Below are positions 25,428 through 35,679 of a stretch of 51,830 nt of DNA, in pieces (the stretch's first letter is position 1; each line of letters begins with the position of its first letter). The stretch is taken from IMG/VR virus record IMGVR_UViG_3300033144_008177, positions 1 through 51,830 of that record; one strand, written 5' to 3'. Source of the DNA: a virus. A program made the position numbers and the translations under genes. The notes under the pieces were generated by a model. That model was not told where the DNA came from. It saw nothing but the letters and a program-made list of their open reading frames with translations, and did not search any database.

Positions 25428-28400
25428 TTTCGATATTCCCTATATAAAGAACTTGAATACTATTAGAAATATTTTTTCTATTACACCCGATACCTTCACC
25501 GTTATTTATTATAAAATCATGTGTAAAGTTTCTACTGATATCAGTAGAAGCATATTTTATGATACTATCATCTTCAGCAGATTTTTTCGTAGTTTTTTCT
25601 GCTTCAATAAGATTTTTATAAATAACATCTCTCACAGCATCTATTTGTTCTTCAACAGCATCTTCTCTAAATCTTAATATTCTCCATCCAACATTAGCCA
25701 ACTTTTGATCTCTGTTCATATCTCTCTGTTGAAAATCTTCTCTTTGATGCCAGATAGCTCCATCAACTTCAATTCCAACACCTACCTTTGGATAAGCAAA
25801 ATCTAAAGAAAATGGCCTTTCTTCTCCCGGTAAATTAACAGAATATTGCCCAAATAATGCATAAGGTATTTTCATAGACAATAATGTTTTATACATTTTT
25901 TGTTCTAACTTTGTAAGTTTTATCATTTGAGGTGGTGGAGTTTCCTCTTCTTGCTGTTCAGCTACTGATTTAGATCCTCTCTTCCCTATTATAGGCATTC
26001 CACCAGCAGCAGCACCCATTCCTCCACCTGGAGCTGGAGCGCCCATTCCTCCACCTGGAGCTGGAGCACCCATTCCTCCACCTGGAGCTGGAGCACCCAT
26101 TCCTGGAGCACCCATCCCTTCACCAGCTACATCAGGAGGACCGCCACCTGGAGGAGGCATAGGCCCACCCATTCCCATTGTCCCTAGATTTCCTGCTCCC
26201 CCCATTGGTCCGCCAAGTTGACCCTGAGCGGTTGCCATCACTTGTTCACTTCTTATTTTCTCGACTTCTGAATCATAATCCAAATCAAGTTCTTCTAATA
26301 CTGTCTGAGCAGATACTAATTGTTTATCATACATCTGCATAAGAGTTTGTATCCTATTTGTCTTATCTCTTAACTGTAAATCATTCCATATAAGTTGAGG
26401 ATATAAATAAACAGTATATCCCATCTCCTCAGTTTCTTGTTCATCAACAAAACCTTGCATCATAGCAACTGGTTCAAATATATTTTTCTCCACCCAATCT
26501 TTTAATTTATTTCTCCAGTTATCCAATCTTCTAATCAGAACTTCAATACCAACCTGAGCCGATGTATTTCCTTGAATAGTAACTATACCATTTCTCATAG
26601 TTACAAATTTTTCATAAGGAACAGAAAAACAATAAATCTTGCCATCGTAAGATTCTCTTATTATTTCTTTCCCTGCATATTTTTTAGATTTAGAACAAAG
26701 AGTAGGAGTTCTTCCCTTAAATCCCTTAGAAATATATACAACATATTGTTGATGATTAGTTTTATATTGATGTCCTCTTTTGTTAAAATAAACTTTATCT
26801 TTTGATTCTTTTTTATTATATTCTCTAATCTTTACAACATAACCACATTTGAATGCTATCTCTGCAAAATCTTGTGCTAACTGATAGCTAGAAGTATAAT
26901 AAGATTTATTCCCATTCTTTCTTCCTAAATATTCTCTATCACAACCATCTCCATTTACCATAGCGTCTAAAACTATTTCTAAACATTCTGTAGAAAGATT
27001 TTTTACAAAAGGTGAAAGTTTTTTGTTAACACAACCTCTACCAAAATTATTCCTCAAATAATCTGCTAATTCTGGCTTATGAACACATACTTGGTTTTCT
27101 TCCTTCCAATGTGTATTAAACATATTGTCAAAAATATTTTCAATATCTTCTCTGGCTTTACCATCTTTTGATTGACTTATGCCAACAGTCGTAAATCTAT
27201 TTGCCCTAATTTTTCTCTTTTCTTCTCTAACCCATCCTTCAGAAACATAATACCCAGCTAATTTACAAAAATCATAAATATTATATTGTTCTGCTCCTAT
27301 TTGAACATAAGGGCAATATTCTCCCTCATACCCATCAACAGCACCTACAAATTTTGCTCTTGACTTAACGTCCTCTGCTCTTATAATTTCAAACTTATCA
27401 GAACCTCTCTTAGCACTCCACATCCTATGATTAGGAGATACTAAGATATCAATCTTATCAGTATTAAAATGAATCATCTCTCCTTCATAATCATAAACGA
27501 CTTTCTCATAAGGAAGATGATATTCTATTTTTTTAGTTTGGTCATTGTAACAAGCAATTTTATCTTTTGTTTCATCTATCTCCCAATAATGCTTAAAACC
27601 AGAATCGGTAAGAGTGAGAGTATCTTCACTCATACAATATCCAGCCATTTCGCCATTAAGAATAGCTTGATTCAACATTAAACCATCTAAAATTTCTTTC
27701 CCAATTTCTTCTAACTCTTGTGTTATATTATGAATTTTTCCACTAGCTCCATGCCATTCATAGTCAAATGCGTGGTGAGTTACAACAGTTAAATTAGGAT
27801 CATTAGCTACTGCCGATAATTGAGTAACAACATCTTGCAAATCAGCTTCTGTAGCTGGTCTGTCTTTATCTCCTACCTTTACAACACGAATAGGAAGAAT
27901 TAATCTCTCAGCTATAATCCAATTGGCTGTCATGATTTTAGTTTTATATGCCAAAATAGTAAATAATCTTTGAAGCATAGAGATTCCATATGTACCATAA
28001 TCACTAGCATTATGTTTTAAATGACTTATGCTTCTACTAGATAATGGAATTGGCTGTCCCGATGAAACTAAATCTATAAATCTTTGTGGAAGACTTTCAT
28101 ATATCTTTCTTGGTTCTCTTCTTTGAATAATTAATTTTAATTCTTCATCCGGAATTAAATAATATTCTGGGTTGCTAGCAATAGGATTGTCTTTAACTTC
28201 GATATAATCTGGATTCATAACTTTAATAGATTTAAAATTACCATCTGGATGATTACAAATTTTTCCATCAGAAGTAAAACCTTTATTTTGGCAATGAGGG
28301 CATGTTATTTCTAAGAAAGGAAAAACATCTCCCAACAAAAAATACTCATGACTAATACTATTTAATTTCTCAACAATATCTATATCTTTAACTAATTTTT

Positions 28401-28803
28401 CATAAAACTTTAAAACTTTTTTATTTTTACATTCTAACTTAAATCCATTCATAGAAAAATTAGCATAAAAATCTACGCCCGCCGCGACCTTAGGCTCATT
28501 CATGTAATAAAATCTTGCCCATTGCATTATCTCTCTTCTTCTACTAGCTATCTGCCAGTTTTGAGGAGTATGCAGTGGTGAGAAAAACATAGGTTGAGTC
28601 ATTGCTACATTTGCCCCAGACCCAGCATATTGTGCATTCTTTGTGATAGGCATACTTACTGATTGCGCACCAGCATAAAATCTATTTTGATATCCTAATC
28701 CTTTATACATCTTTTGATCTTCAACCGTATAAGCTCCAGATGCTGCTACCATTCTTCTTTTATTTTCTGGTGAGTCATCTGAAATTTTCATTTTAATAGC
28801 CAT
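25417..28803 (-). CDS. Portal protein with intein and C-terminal DUF559-type nuclease domain
   Basis: RFYYMNEPKVAAGVDFY, ISHLKH..YGTYGISML and PIRVVKVG are portal-like. An intein follows, then a G/P/M linker, then SLDFAYP..GIEVDG..WH..RD..RDQKL..GWRILRF. Confidence 0.8.
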   Translation of the reverse strand: MAIKMKISDDSPENKRRMVAASGAYTVEDQKMYKGLGYQNRFYAGAQSVSMPITKNAQYAGSGANVAMTQPMFFSPLHTPQNWQIASRRREIMQWARFYYMNEPKVAAGVDFYANFSMNGFKLECKNKKVLKFYEKLVKDIDIVEKLNSISHEYFLLGDVFPFLEITCPHCQNKGFTSDGKICNHPDGNFKSIKVMNPDYIEVKDNPIASNPEYYLIPDEELKLIIQRREPRKIYESLPQRFIDLVSSGQPIPLSSRSISHLKHNASDYGTYGISMLQRLFTILAYKTKIMTANWIIAERLILPIRVVKVGDKDRPATEADLQDVVTQLSAVANDPNLTVVTHHAFDYEWHGASGKIHNITQELEEIGKEILDGLMLNQAILNGEMAGYCMSEDTLTLTDSGFKHYWEIDETKDKIACYNDQTKKIEYHLPYEKVVYDYEGEMIHFNTDKIDILVSPNHRMWSAKRGSDKFEIIRAEDVKSRAKFVGAVDGYEGEYCPYVQIGAEQYNIYDFCKLAGYYVSEGWVREEKRKIRANRFTTVGISQSKDGKAREDIENIFDNMFNTHWKEENQVCVHKPELADYLRNNFGRGCVNKKLSPFVKNLSTECLEIVLDAMVNGDGCDREYLGRKNGNKSYYTSSYQLAQDFAEIAFKCGYVVKIREYNKKESKDKVYFNKRGHQYKTNHQQYVVYISKGFKGRTPTLCSKSKKYAGKEIIRESYDGKIYCFSVPYEKFVTMRNGIVTIQGNTSAQVGIEVLIRRLDNWRNKLKDWVEKNIFEPVAMMQGFVDEQETEEMGYTVYLYPQLIWNDLQLRDKTNRIQTLMQMYDKQLVSAQTVLEELDLDYDSEVEKIRSEQVMATAQGQLGGPMGGAGNLGTMGMGGPMPPPGGGPPDVAGEGMGAPGMGAPAPGGGMGAPAPGGGMGAPAPGGGMGAAAGGMPIIGKRGSKSVAEQQEEETPPPQMIKLTKLEQKMYKTLLSMKIPYALFGQYSVNLPGEERPFSLDFAYPKVGVGIEVDGAIWHQREDFQQRDMNRDQKLANVGWRILRFREDAVEEQIDAVRDVIYKNLIEAEKTTKKSAEDDSIIKYASTDISRNFTHDFIINNGEGIGCNRKNISNSIQVLYIGNIENGD
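26566..27636 (-). mobile_element. Intein (357 aa) with LAGLIDADG-like endonuclease in the portal gene
   Basis: MAGY|CMSEDTLTLTDSG...KIYCFSVPYEKFVTMRNGIVTIQGN|TSAQ. Block B VSPNHRM; motifs LAGYYVSEG and DAMVNGDG. Confidence 0.9.
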
Positions 28804-28819
28804 ATTATTTCCTTCCTAC

Positions 28820-29299
28820 TTAACCATCAATTTCTAAATCAAGACAAGATTTCATAACCTCATCTTTTCTATCATCGACATTTAATGTTTTTTTACTTTC
28901 ATCATCTATCCCATTTTCCATTGTACAGGCATCGAATTCAGTTGTATAAACATCTTCATCACCCTCCATATGTATATTTTTTTTCATAGCCTCTTTTGCA
29001 TTATAAGAAGCATTTAAAACAGTCTTAGGTATGAATGTTGGATTAGGTCCTTTATTTGGATTTTTTTCATCCTTACAATGAGGCTTAAGACCTTTTGAAT
29101 ATGTTTGACAATTAGGTGTTCCACAATTAGGACATGTATCTACACCTGATCGAAAAGTATTTTTTAATGTCCCACCACAAATACTACAATGCAACTCGTC
29201 ATCATTTGGTGTCATTGGTTTAGAATTAGAAAAAGGATCCCCTAATTGAAAGGGATCCTTTACAAAATTCGAATTATTATTTGATTCTGGATCAAGCAT
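28820..29299 (-). CDS. Zinc-ribbon-containing hypothetical protein
   Basis: CSICGG...CPNCG motifs. Confidence 0.6.
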   Translation of the reverse strand: MLDPESNNNSNFVKDPFQLGDPFSNSKPMTPNDDELHCSICGGTLKNTFRSGVDTCPNCGTPNCQTYSKGLKPHCKDEKNPNKGPNPTFIPKTVLNASYNAKEAMKKNIHMEGDEDVYTTEFDACTMENGIDDESKKTLNVDDRKDEVMKSCLDLEIDG

Positions 29300-29319
29300 A
29301 TCTCTAGCAGGTTGATATG

Positions 29320-30591
29320 CTACTTTATCAAACTTTTTTTTTTAGATGAAGCTTCTTTCCAATTAAAAGGTTTTGAAATATCATTAGCTCCTGCTATATC
29401 TCCTGCTGCTCTTGCAGCTTGAAGCCTGGATTCTGTATTTCCATATTCAGATAAAATTGGTCTCCTCGTCTGACCTGGTTTTAGTTGTAAATTACTTGAA
29501 GCTGGAATATTTTTATCAACTTCAAATCTTTTTTGAATATATCCACCAACCCAATTACCTTCTTTATCTTTATATGGACGATAATACTTATCCATAATAT
29601 TTTCACGCCAAATTGTTTCATAATCAATATTCCACACATCATCAACTACAAGACCAAAACCCTTATTTCTTTCTACTATATGCCAATCAGAAACTGGTTG
29701 TCTTAAGAATGGATCGACTTTACGAACTTCCTCTGGTCCATACATAATAACATTTTCTTGTGTTTTATGTTGTGCTGTTTTACTCATATTAAAAGATTTT
29801 ACTTCTTTCTTTTTAGTGTTCTTTTCAGCCAATTTTTTAATAGCATCTAGAACCTCTGATCTATTCTTTCTCAACACAACACCTCCACTTGTCAAGTTAT
29901 CTGGCAATAATTTATAAATATCTGAATTAACATAGTCCAAAAGATCTTCAGGAGTAGCAGCTCCTTTTTTAGCATCTTTTTTTATTTTATAATAATATTC
30001 TATAGCTTCTTTTAAATCAGGAACCTTATTATAACTTAAATCTTGTATCACTTCTTTAAAACCCCTTTTCCCTCTTTCCCCTTTCTGATCAAGATAATTT
30101 TTTAATTCATTATGATCAGCAAAATTGAATTGTAATGGTTGATACACCTGTTGTAATTGATCCATCTGCTGATTTCTCTGATCCATTTGCTCTGCCTGAT
30201 AATCAGCTGGATCTGGGAATTGCGGTGGTGGTGGAGCCATTTGTTGCATTGGAATCTGTGCTTGTTTTTTAAGATTAAATGATTTAGTACTAGTTAAAAC
30301 ATCTTCCAACTGATCAGTAACATTCTGAATATTTACAGCTGGCTGTTTAACATTGTCTACTACTTCAGGGTTTGACATATTCGCATACTCTCTATCAATC
30401 CCATCTGCCTCTAACACGCTAGCCATCTCCTGTATACTATTAAATCTTAAATTATTTTGATAAACATTGTTCCATAAATACTGAGCTTTAATAGCATCAA
30501 CGTTAGCAGGAAGACCATAAGTCCCCTGAGTCATTTGATTCAAAAAATCAGCATTTCTAAATTGTGCTCTTTTTTTAAAATTAAAAGCCAT
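29320..30591 (-). CDS. Hypothetical head-associated protein, 423 aa
   Basis: Long ORF in the head block with three FNxxKxAQ motifs. Confidence 0.65.
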   Translation of the reverse strand: MAFNFKKRAQFRNADFLNQMTQGTYGLPANVDAIKAQYLWNNVYQNNLRFNSIQEMASVLEADGIDREYANMSNPEVVDNVKQPAVNIQNVTDQLEDVLTSTKSFNLKKQAQIPMQQMAPPPPQFPDPADYQAEQMDQRNQQMDQLQQVYQPLQFNFADHNELKNYLDQKGERGKRGFKEVIQDLSYNKVPDLKEAIEYYYKIKKDAKKGAATPEDLLDYVNSDIYKLLPDNLTSGGVVLRKNRSEVLDAIKKLAEKNTKKKEVKSFNMSKTAQHKTQENVIMYGPEEVRKVDPFLRQPVSDWHIVERNKGFGLVVDDVWNIDYETIWRENIMDKYYRPYKDKEGNWVGGYIQKRFEVDKNIPASSNLQLKPGQTRRPILSEYGNTESRLQAARAAGDIAGANDISKPFNWKEASSKKKSLIK

Positions 30592-31253
30592 TACTCTTCT
30601 TTCTTAATAGTAAGATTATCAAATAAATTATTAATGACATCTTTAGAAGAAAATGTTTTATCATTACCCTTCCAGGATTCATCTTTTTGAGCATTCCTTT
30701 GAATAGTCTCTTCAGAAACTATTTCACCAGATGTTTTATCAGCAAGTCTCTCAAATTCTTGAGTATCAAAAATACTCATATTATTTTTAGGAGAATAATA
30801 GTTACTACCACTATATCTACTTACTGGCGAAACTGTTGAGTCATTAGCCTGCTCTGTTTTACTCAAAACTTCAGCCAACTGACTCATTCTTTTATTTTCT
30901 GCTATCCTTTTGTTAGAAGCTATCTCTTCTTTTTCATTTTGTACTCTGGTTTTATTATTTATCTCTTGTGCTAACCTATCACTTTTATTAGTATCAAAAA
31001 TAGTATTAGATGATTCGGACTTTGTAAATTTAGTAGGACCACCCTCATTAGAGATATCGCCTGTCCTAGCGGAACTGATATGATGAGATGTCATTAATCC
31101 ATCATCTTTACTAGATAATTTCTTTGCTTTTTGCTCTTCTGCAATTTGTCTCAATGTTGGTTTATTAGTTGCTGAAGGTGCTTTTTTTGTTTCTATTGAT
31201 TTTTTTAATTCTAAGAAATCAATTTTATGTTCATCTGACATTTTTCTAATCAT
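30591..31253 (-). CDS. Hypothetical protein
   Basis: 220 aa, translationally coupled at both ends. Confidence 0.6.
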   Translation of the reverse strand: MIRKMSDEHKIDFLELKKSIETKKAPSATNKPTLRQIAEEQKAKKLSSKDDGLMTSHHISSARTGDISNEGGPTKFTKSESSNTIFDTNKSDRLAQEINNKTRVQNEKEEIASNKRIAENKRMSQLAEVLSKTEQANDSTVSPVSRYSGSNYYSPKNNMSIFDTQEFERLADKTSGEIVSEETIQRNAQKDESWKGNDKTFSSKDVINNLFDNLTIKKEE

Positions 31254-31977
31254 TTTTCTCTCCCATAGATTTACTTAAATCTCTTACTAATCCATTCTTA
31301 CCCTCTTTAATCATCTCTAATAATGTATGAGCTGCAATAGGCTTAGATTCCTGATTCCCTGGATTCCCTGGCTTCGTTGGTTTGCCATAGACCTCATCTA
31401 AATTATCTCTTACCATTCCACCTTCTGCATCAGGATTAGTTATCTTAGCAGATGTAAACTTAATAGTCCATTTCCCATCTGTTCTTTCAGCTCCATTGAA
31501 ATTTAAACCAAACATTTGGTTAATTTCTTTTGAGATAACTCCAAGATCTTCATTTTCAATAGACTCCGTTTGCCCCATTTCGTTAGGATATTTTTTATCA
31601 GGTATTTCAACTTGGATATCCTTAACACCTTCTGGAGAAACAGATTCTCTTACAAACTTAGACTTAAATTCTTGCAACCTTCTACCTGGATAACCAAAAC
31701 TCTCCAATTTCTTAAAAATAAAGTCAGTAAGAGTTTTTCCTTTACTCTCAGACTCCATTGGATCTTCTGGTCCGCCCATTTGATCTTGCTCTTCTTTTAA
31801 TCCGTCAACAGATTCAGGTGATATTTCTGGAGAGATTTCCTCATCCATGCCTTCTTCTGTTTCAAAAGATGGGATATTCTGATCGATAGACGCATGTTCG
31901 CCAAACCCTTGTGATAAAGGGTTGGCAAACTTTTGAGTCTTCATTATATGCATTTTTCCTGATGGGACAATAGCCAT
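31246..31977 (-). CDS. Hypothetical acidic protein
   Basis: 243-aa ORF with GGAG RBS. Confidence 0.6.
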   Translation of the reverse strand: MAIVPSGKMHIMKTQKFANPLSQGFGEHASIDQNIPSFETEEGMDEEISPEISPESVDGLKEEQDQMGGPEDPMESESKGKTLTDFIFKKLESFGYPGRRLQEFKSKFVRESVSPEGVKDIQVEIPDKKYPNEMGQTESIENEDLGVISKEINQMFGLNFNGAERTDGKWTIKFTSAKITNPDAEGGMVRDNLDEVYGKPTKPGNPGNQESKPIAAHTLLEMIKEGKNGLVRDLSKSMGEKND

Positions 31978-32027
31978 ATTGATAGCTCCGTATTAATAAT
32001 CATGTTATTAAGTAAATTTGAAATCTA

Positions 32028-32870
32028 TTACTTATCAGCTAACAATGCGCTAACATAATCTTCGCCATACAACTTTGTCCAATACTCTCTAAGGAAACCT
32101 TTGTTCTTAGCATTAAGGTTAGCGATTTTTACGAATTTAACTGATGAAGCTTCTTTTTTCTCTTCATCTTCTTCTTCTTTTTTATCTTCATCTTTTACTT
32201 CAGACTCTTTCTTCTCTTCATCTTCATCTTTTACTTCAGATTCTTTTTTCTCTTCATCTTCTTTATCTTTTACTTCAGATTCTTTTTTCTCTTCATCTTT
32301 TTTATCTTTATCCTCTTTTTTAGTGAACTTATGTTCTTCTAAAGCTTTTGGAAGCTTACCTTTTTCTTGTGTAGATTTCTCTCCATCTTCGTATTCTCCT
32401 GGGTCAGAGTTACATATGCCATAGCCCCTACCAGTTCTAGGACCTTTTCCTTCAGGGCCAGTACCATCTTGATTACGAGCAACCTTAGCATTAGCACCTG
32501 AGGAACCACCCTTTTCCTCCTTAGAAGGAACTTCTGGGTTATTTGTAAACTTCTCAGAACCTTCCGCTTTTGGTTGACCTGAATCTTTACCTTCTTTTTC
32601 AGGGTCAGTATCTGCCGCTGCCTCTGCCGCTTTTCCCCCATCATCCTTCTTAGCTGATGGACCAGCTTTTGGCATAGTTGTAGATTCACCTTCTTGATGC
32701 AAAGGTTCAACATCTAACTGACCGCTAGAATCAGCTTCATCTTGTTCTGCTGTTTTAACAGTCGCAGTTGAAGATGCTACTTTTACTTCTTTGCTTTTTT
32801 GATATTCTTTAATAATATCTTCAAAAGACTTTGCTTTACCTGTTGAAATTCTATTAGTTACAAACCTCAT
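32028..32870 (-). CDS. Highly charged low-complexity protein with KKESEVKDE repeats
   Basis: Probable start ATG 32870 with AAGGAG RBS (MRFVTNRIS). Tandem KKESEVKD(K)EDEE units at about 32160-32310. Confidence 0.65.
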   Translation of the reverse strand: MRFVTNRISTGKAKSFEDIIKEYQKSKEVKVASSTATVKTAEQDEADSSGQLDVEPLHQEGESTTMPKAGPSAKKDDGGKAAEAAADTDPEKEGKDSGQPKAEGSEKFTNNPEVPSKEEKGGSSGANAKVARNQDGTGPEGKGPRTGRGYGICNSDPGEYEDGEKSTQEKGKLPKALEEHKFTKKEDKDKKDEEKKESEVKDKEDEEKKESEVKDEDEEKKESEVKDEDKKEEEDEEKKEASSVKFVKIANLNAKNKGFLREYWTKLYGEDYVSALLADK

Positions 32871-32926
32871 TATTATTCTCCTTATTGAATAAATCAACTT
32901 TTTATATAAAAACACTAATTTAAATA

Positions 32927-32953
32927 GTATTCATCTTAATTTATTAAAATCCC
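32927..32953 (-). promoter_or_regulatory. Late-type promoter GGGATT-N15-GAATAC
   Basis: Recurrent motif. Confidence 0.55.
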
Positions 32954-35263
32954 TTTATTTTTATTCAAAATATTTCTGAGAAGGGACTTACCATATATCT
33001 CTCTTTTAGGATCTCGACTCATATACACTTGTTGTTGTGGCTGTTGGCCCTTTAAAGAGTTCCTATAATCTGACATTAATTGTTTTCTATTTGCTTCATT
33101 AAACTCAACTCCTGCCTGTTGAAAAGCATTTTGCAAAGCAGTTATCCCTGCTGGATTTGTTCTTCCTTTTCCCGAAAGAGCACTCATCATATTCGACAAA
33201 TTAGGATCTGCACTAATATACTGAAGAAGCAAATTAGTGTCCGCTGCTCCTGGTGCTGGTGCTGCTCCTGGTGTCATAGGGGCTGATTGATCTGGAGATT
33301 GATGCGCTGTTGGCAATCCTCCACCTACTGCTTCATCTTGTTCTACAACGCCACTTCCATCAACATCTCCTGCCACTGGAGTTTCTGCAACATCAGGAAT
33401 ACCATCTCCATCAGAATCCTGTCTTAATGCTGCTAATACCGTATCAATTGCTTCTCTTTTTATATTAGCATTCCAAGTTCTCAAGGCTCGAAGAGCATTA
33501 TCAACTTTTGGATTACCTCTGTATTGTTGTAATTGTGACATTAGACCATTAATCTTAGTAACATTCTCTTGCCATTGACCCTCAATAAATCCTCTAGCCT
33601 GCTCAATAGTGCTAGCAATATTCTCAATCATCTTGTCTATTCTTCTTTCATTCCCTTGCTCTTTATATCCTTGCATCTTATTGCCTACCCAATCTTTAGC
33701 CTTACCAAAACCTTTTGCTATATCTCCTCCAATACCTCTTGCAGCATCACCTACTCCCTGCCAAAACTGCGCCTCTTTTAGAACCTCATTAGAAGCTGCT
33801 GCAACTTTCTTTCCAAGTTTTTTTTGCCCATTATTATTAAGAGCAACTGCCAATTCTGTTAAATTGCTAGCCTGCTCTATAACAGTGTCCACATATTTAT
33901 CAGCTTCTTTATTGAATGTATCATATACAGATTCTGGAAGACTCATTCCCTTCTTCATTTTATTATTAACTTCTTCTGCAAATTTTTTATCCCATTTTTT
34001 ATCTTTTGCTATATCATCAACAGAAGCATATTTATCCCATTTCTTAGAATCTTTCATAGACTCAAGATATTCACCCCAGCATTCAAACCACACTTCCTGA
34101 GCAGATGTTCCTGGTTTAGAAGTTCTTTTATTTCTATAGCAATTATCCCAACAACGTCTATTCCTAATAGCCTGACCCATAAATCCAACATACTGTGATT
34201 CTTTTATTTGGTTTAATACATCATTAACTTCTTTAACGACTTCAGAACTTTTTGACAACCCTTTACTTTCTAATTCTGATGCAATCTTTATTAATGAATT
34301 ATCTGCACTAGATTTATTAGGATTTTGTTGTTGATATCTTTCCTCATTTTCTTCTGCTCTTTGTCTTTTATCAATAAGTTGTCTTCCTCTCTCTCTCGCA
34401 TGTTGACGAGCTTTATCTAAGCTATAAGAAGAATCATCAGGAGGAGTCTCAGCAGGAGGATTAGCATGCTGATATCTATTTTCATTTTCTTGCGATCTCT
34501 GTCTTCTCTTCCCAAGTTCTCTGGATCTATCAACCGCCTGTTGTTGTCTTTTCTTAGACGAGTAACTTCCATTTCCAGCCTTTTTTGTTTTATTCAAATT
34601 AAATCCCTTATCACTATCTTCGGATTCTTTAGACAATATTTTTGTCAACATATTATTTTTATTAGCCATGGTTTTTCCTCTTTCATAACTTGGTAAAACT
34701 CTTTGTCTTTGTTTAAATGGGTTTCTTATAGCTTTCTTCCTGAAAATTATATTCATTATTCTATCAACAATAAAAGCTCTTATCTTACCTACTGATCTGT
34801 CCCATGTTGTCACAACAATATTCCCATTACCAGCTTGGAACATATTATGAGGTTCAATAACTCTTTTAATACTTTTCCCAAAATTTATTTTTCTATTCAT
34901 TCTCCCAGCAGGAGAATATATTATTTCTAAAACTCTTCTATTCTCTATAGCATATTTTAATGCTTCTGTTTTGTTTCCTGTGTCAGGAGCTTTCTCATCT
35001 ATATCTGGTGGCTCCCAAGGTCTATCAACATCTAATTCAAATTGAGCATCATCTTTTTCCTGCTCTAAATTTTCAACTGTTTCCTGATTATCTTGCTCTA
35101 CTCCTTCATACTGCGTTATTCTTCCCTCATCTTCTTCAACATTATAATCAGCCAACATTTGCTCTACATCAGCAGCAACTGGATTCCCATACGCATCTAC
35201 TTTATCATAATCGAAAACAGTTTGTGCTCTTTTATACCAATTTTTAATATAACTTCTCTTCAT
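32936..35263 (-). CDS. 775-aa protein with a WYL domain
   Basis: ALKYAIENRRVLEIIY...RVIEPH....GN..V..WDRSVGKIRAFIVDRI is a WYL pattern. The remainder is coiled-coil or low complexity. Confidence 0.7.
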   Translation of the reverse strand: MKRSYIKNWYKRAQTVFDYDKVDAYGNPVAADVEQMLADYNVEEDEGRITQYEGVEQDNQETVENLEQEKDDAQFELDVDRPWEPPDIDEKAPDTGNKTEALKYAIENRRVLEIIYSPAGRMNRKINFGKSIKRVIEPHNMFQAGNGNIVVTTWDRSVGKIRAFIVDRIMNIIFRKKAIRNPFKQRQRVLPSYERGKTMANKNNMLTKILSKESEDSDKGFNLNKTKKAGNGSYSSKKRQQQAVDRSRELGKRRQRSQENENRYQHANPPAETPPDDSSYSLDKARQHARERGRQLIDKRQRAEENEERYQQQNPNKSSADNSLIKIASELESKGLSKSSEVVKEVNDVLNQIKESQYVGFMGQAIRNRRCWDNCYRNKRTSKPGTSAQEVWFECWGEYLESMKDSKKWDKYASVDDIAKDKKWDKKFAEEVNNKMKKGMSLPESVYDTFNKEADKYVDTVIEQASNLTELAVALNNNGQKKLGKKVAAASNEVLKEAQFWQGVGDAARGIGGDIAKGFGKAKDWVGNKMQGYKEQGNERRIDKMIENIASTIEQARGFIEGQWQENVTKINGLMSQLQQYRGNPKVDNALRALRTWNANIKREAIDTVLAALRQDSDGDGIPDVAETPVAGDVDGSGVVEQDEAVGGGLPTAHQSPDQSAPMTPGAAPAPGAADTNLLLQYISADPNLSNMMSALSGKGRTNPAGITALQNAFQQAGVEFNEANRKQLMSDYRNSLKGQQPQQQVYMSRDPKREIYGKSLLRNILNKNKGILIN

Positions 35264-35269
35264 TATATT

Positions 35270-35297
35270 ATATTTATGAAAAAAAGTATTTAATCCT
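35270..35297 (-). promoter_or_regulatory. Late-type promoter AGGATT-N16-AAATAT, probably giving a leaderless mRNA
   Basis: The -10 box ends 6 nt before the ATG at 35263 and there is no SD sequence. Confidence 0.5.
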
Positions 35298-35670
35298 TGA
35301 TTTTTTCTTCTTCTTCATATATTAATTTATCAAGTCGAATCAAATCAACAGGGTCCAAAGAAATATCCCCTAATTCAGAAAGAGATATAGGTTTACAATC
35401 AAACTCTATTTCTTCTAATAAAAACTCTGAGAATTCGTTTCTAAAATCTTCTTCTTTTTCTTTTAAAACTTCAAAATTACCTGTTTTATCTTTGCCATTA
35501 GAATATTTTTTCACAAGATGAACTCTATATCTCTCAATATAAGATAACTCTTCAGAAACTTTTTTTAAAACTTTACCTACTCTATAAGCTGTTCTAACTG
35601 GCAACTCTTTGCCTGTCAATTTTATTAAACTTCCCCCTAATAATCTAACTTCTGACAACTTAAACTTCAT
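35290..35670 (-). CDS. DUF1617-like phage protein
   Basis: L.KL..KELPVRTAYRVGKVLKKV..EL pattern. AGGAG RBS. Confidence 0.5.
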   Translation of the reverse strand: MKFKLSEVRLLGGSLIKLTGKELPVRTAYRVGKVLKKVSEELSYIERYRVHLVKKYSNGKDKTGNFEVLKEKEEDFRNEFSEFLLEEIEFDCKPISLSELGDISLDPVDLIRLDKLIYEEEEKIKD

Positions 35671-35679
35671 TTACATCTC

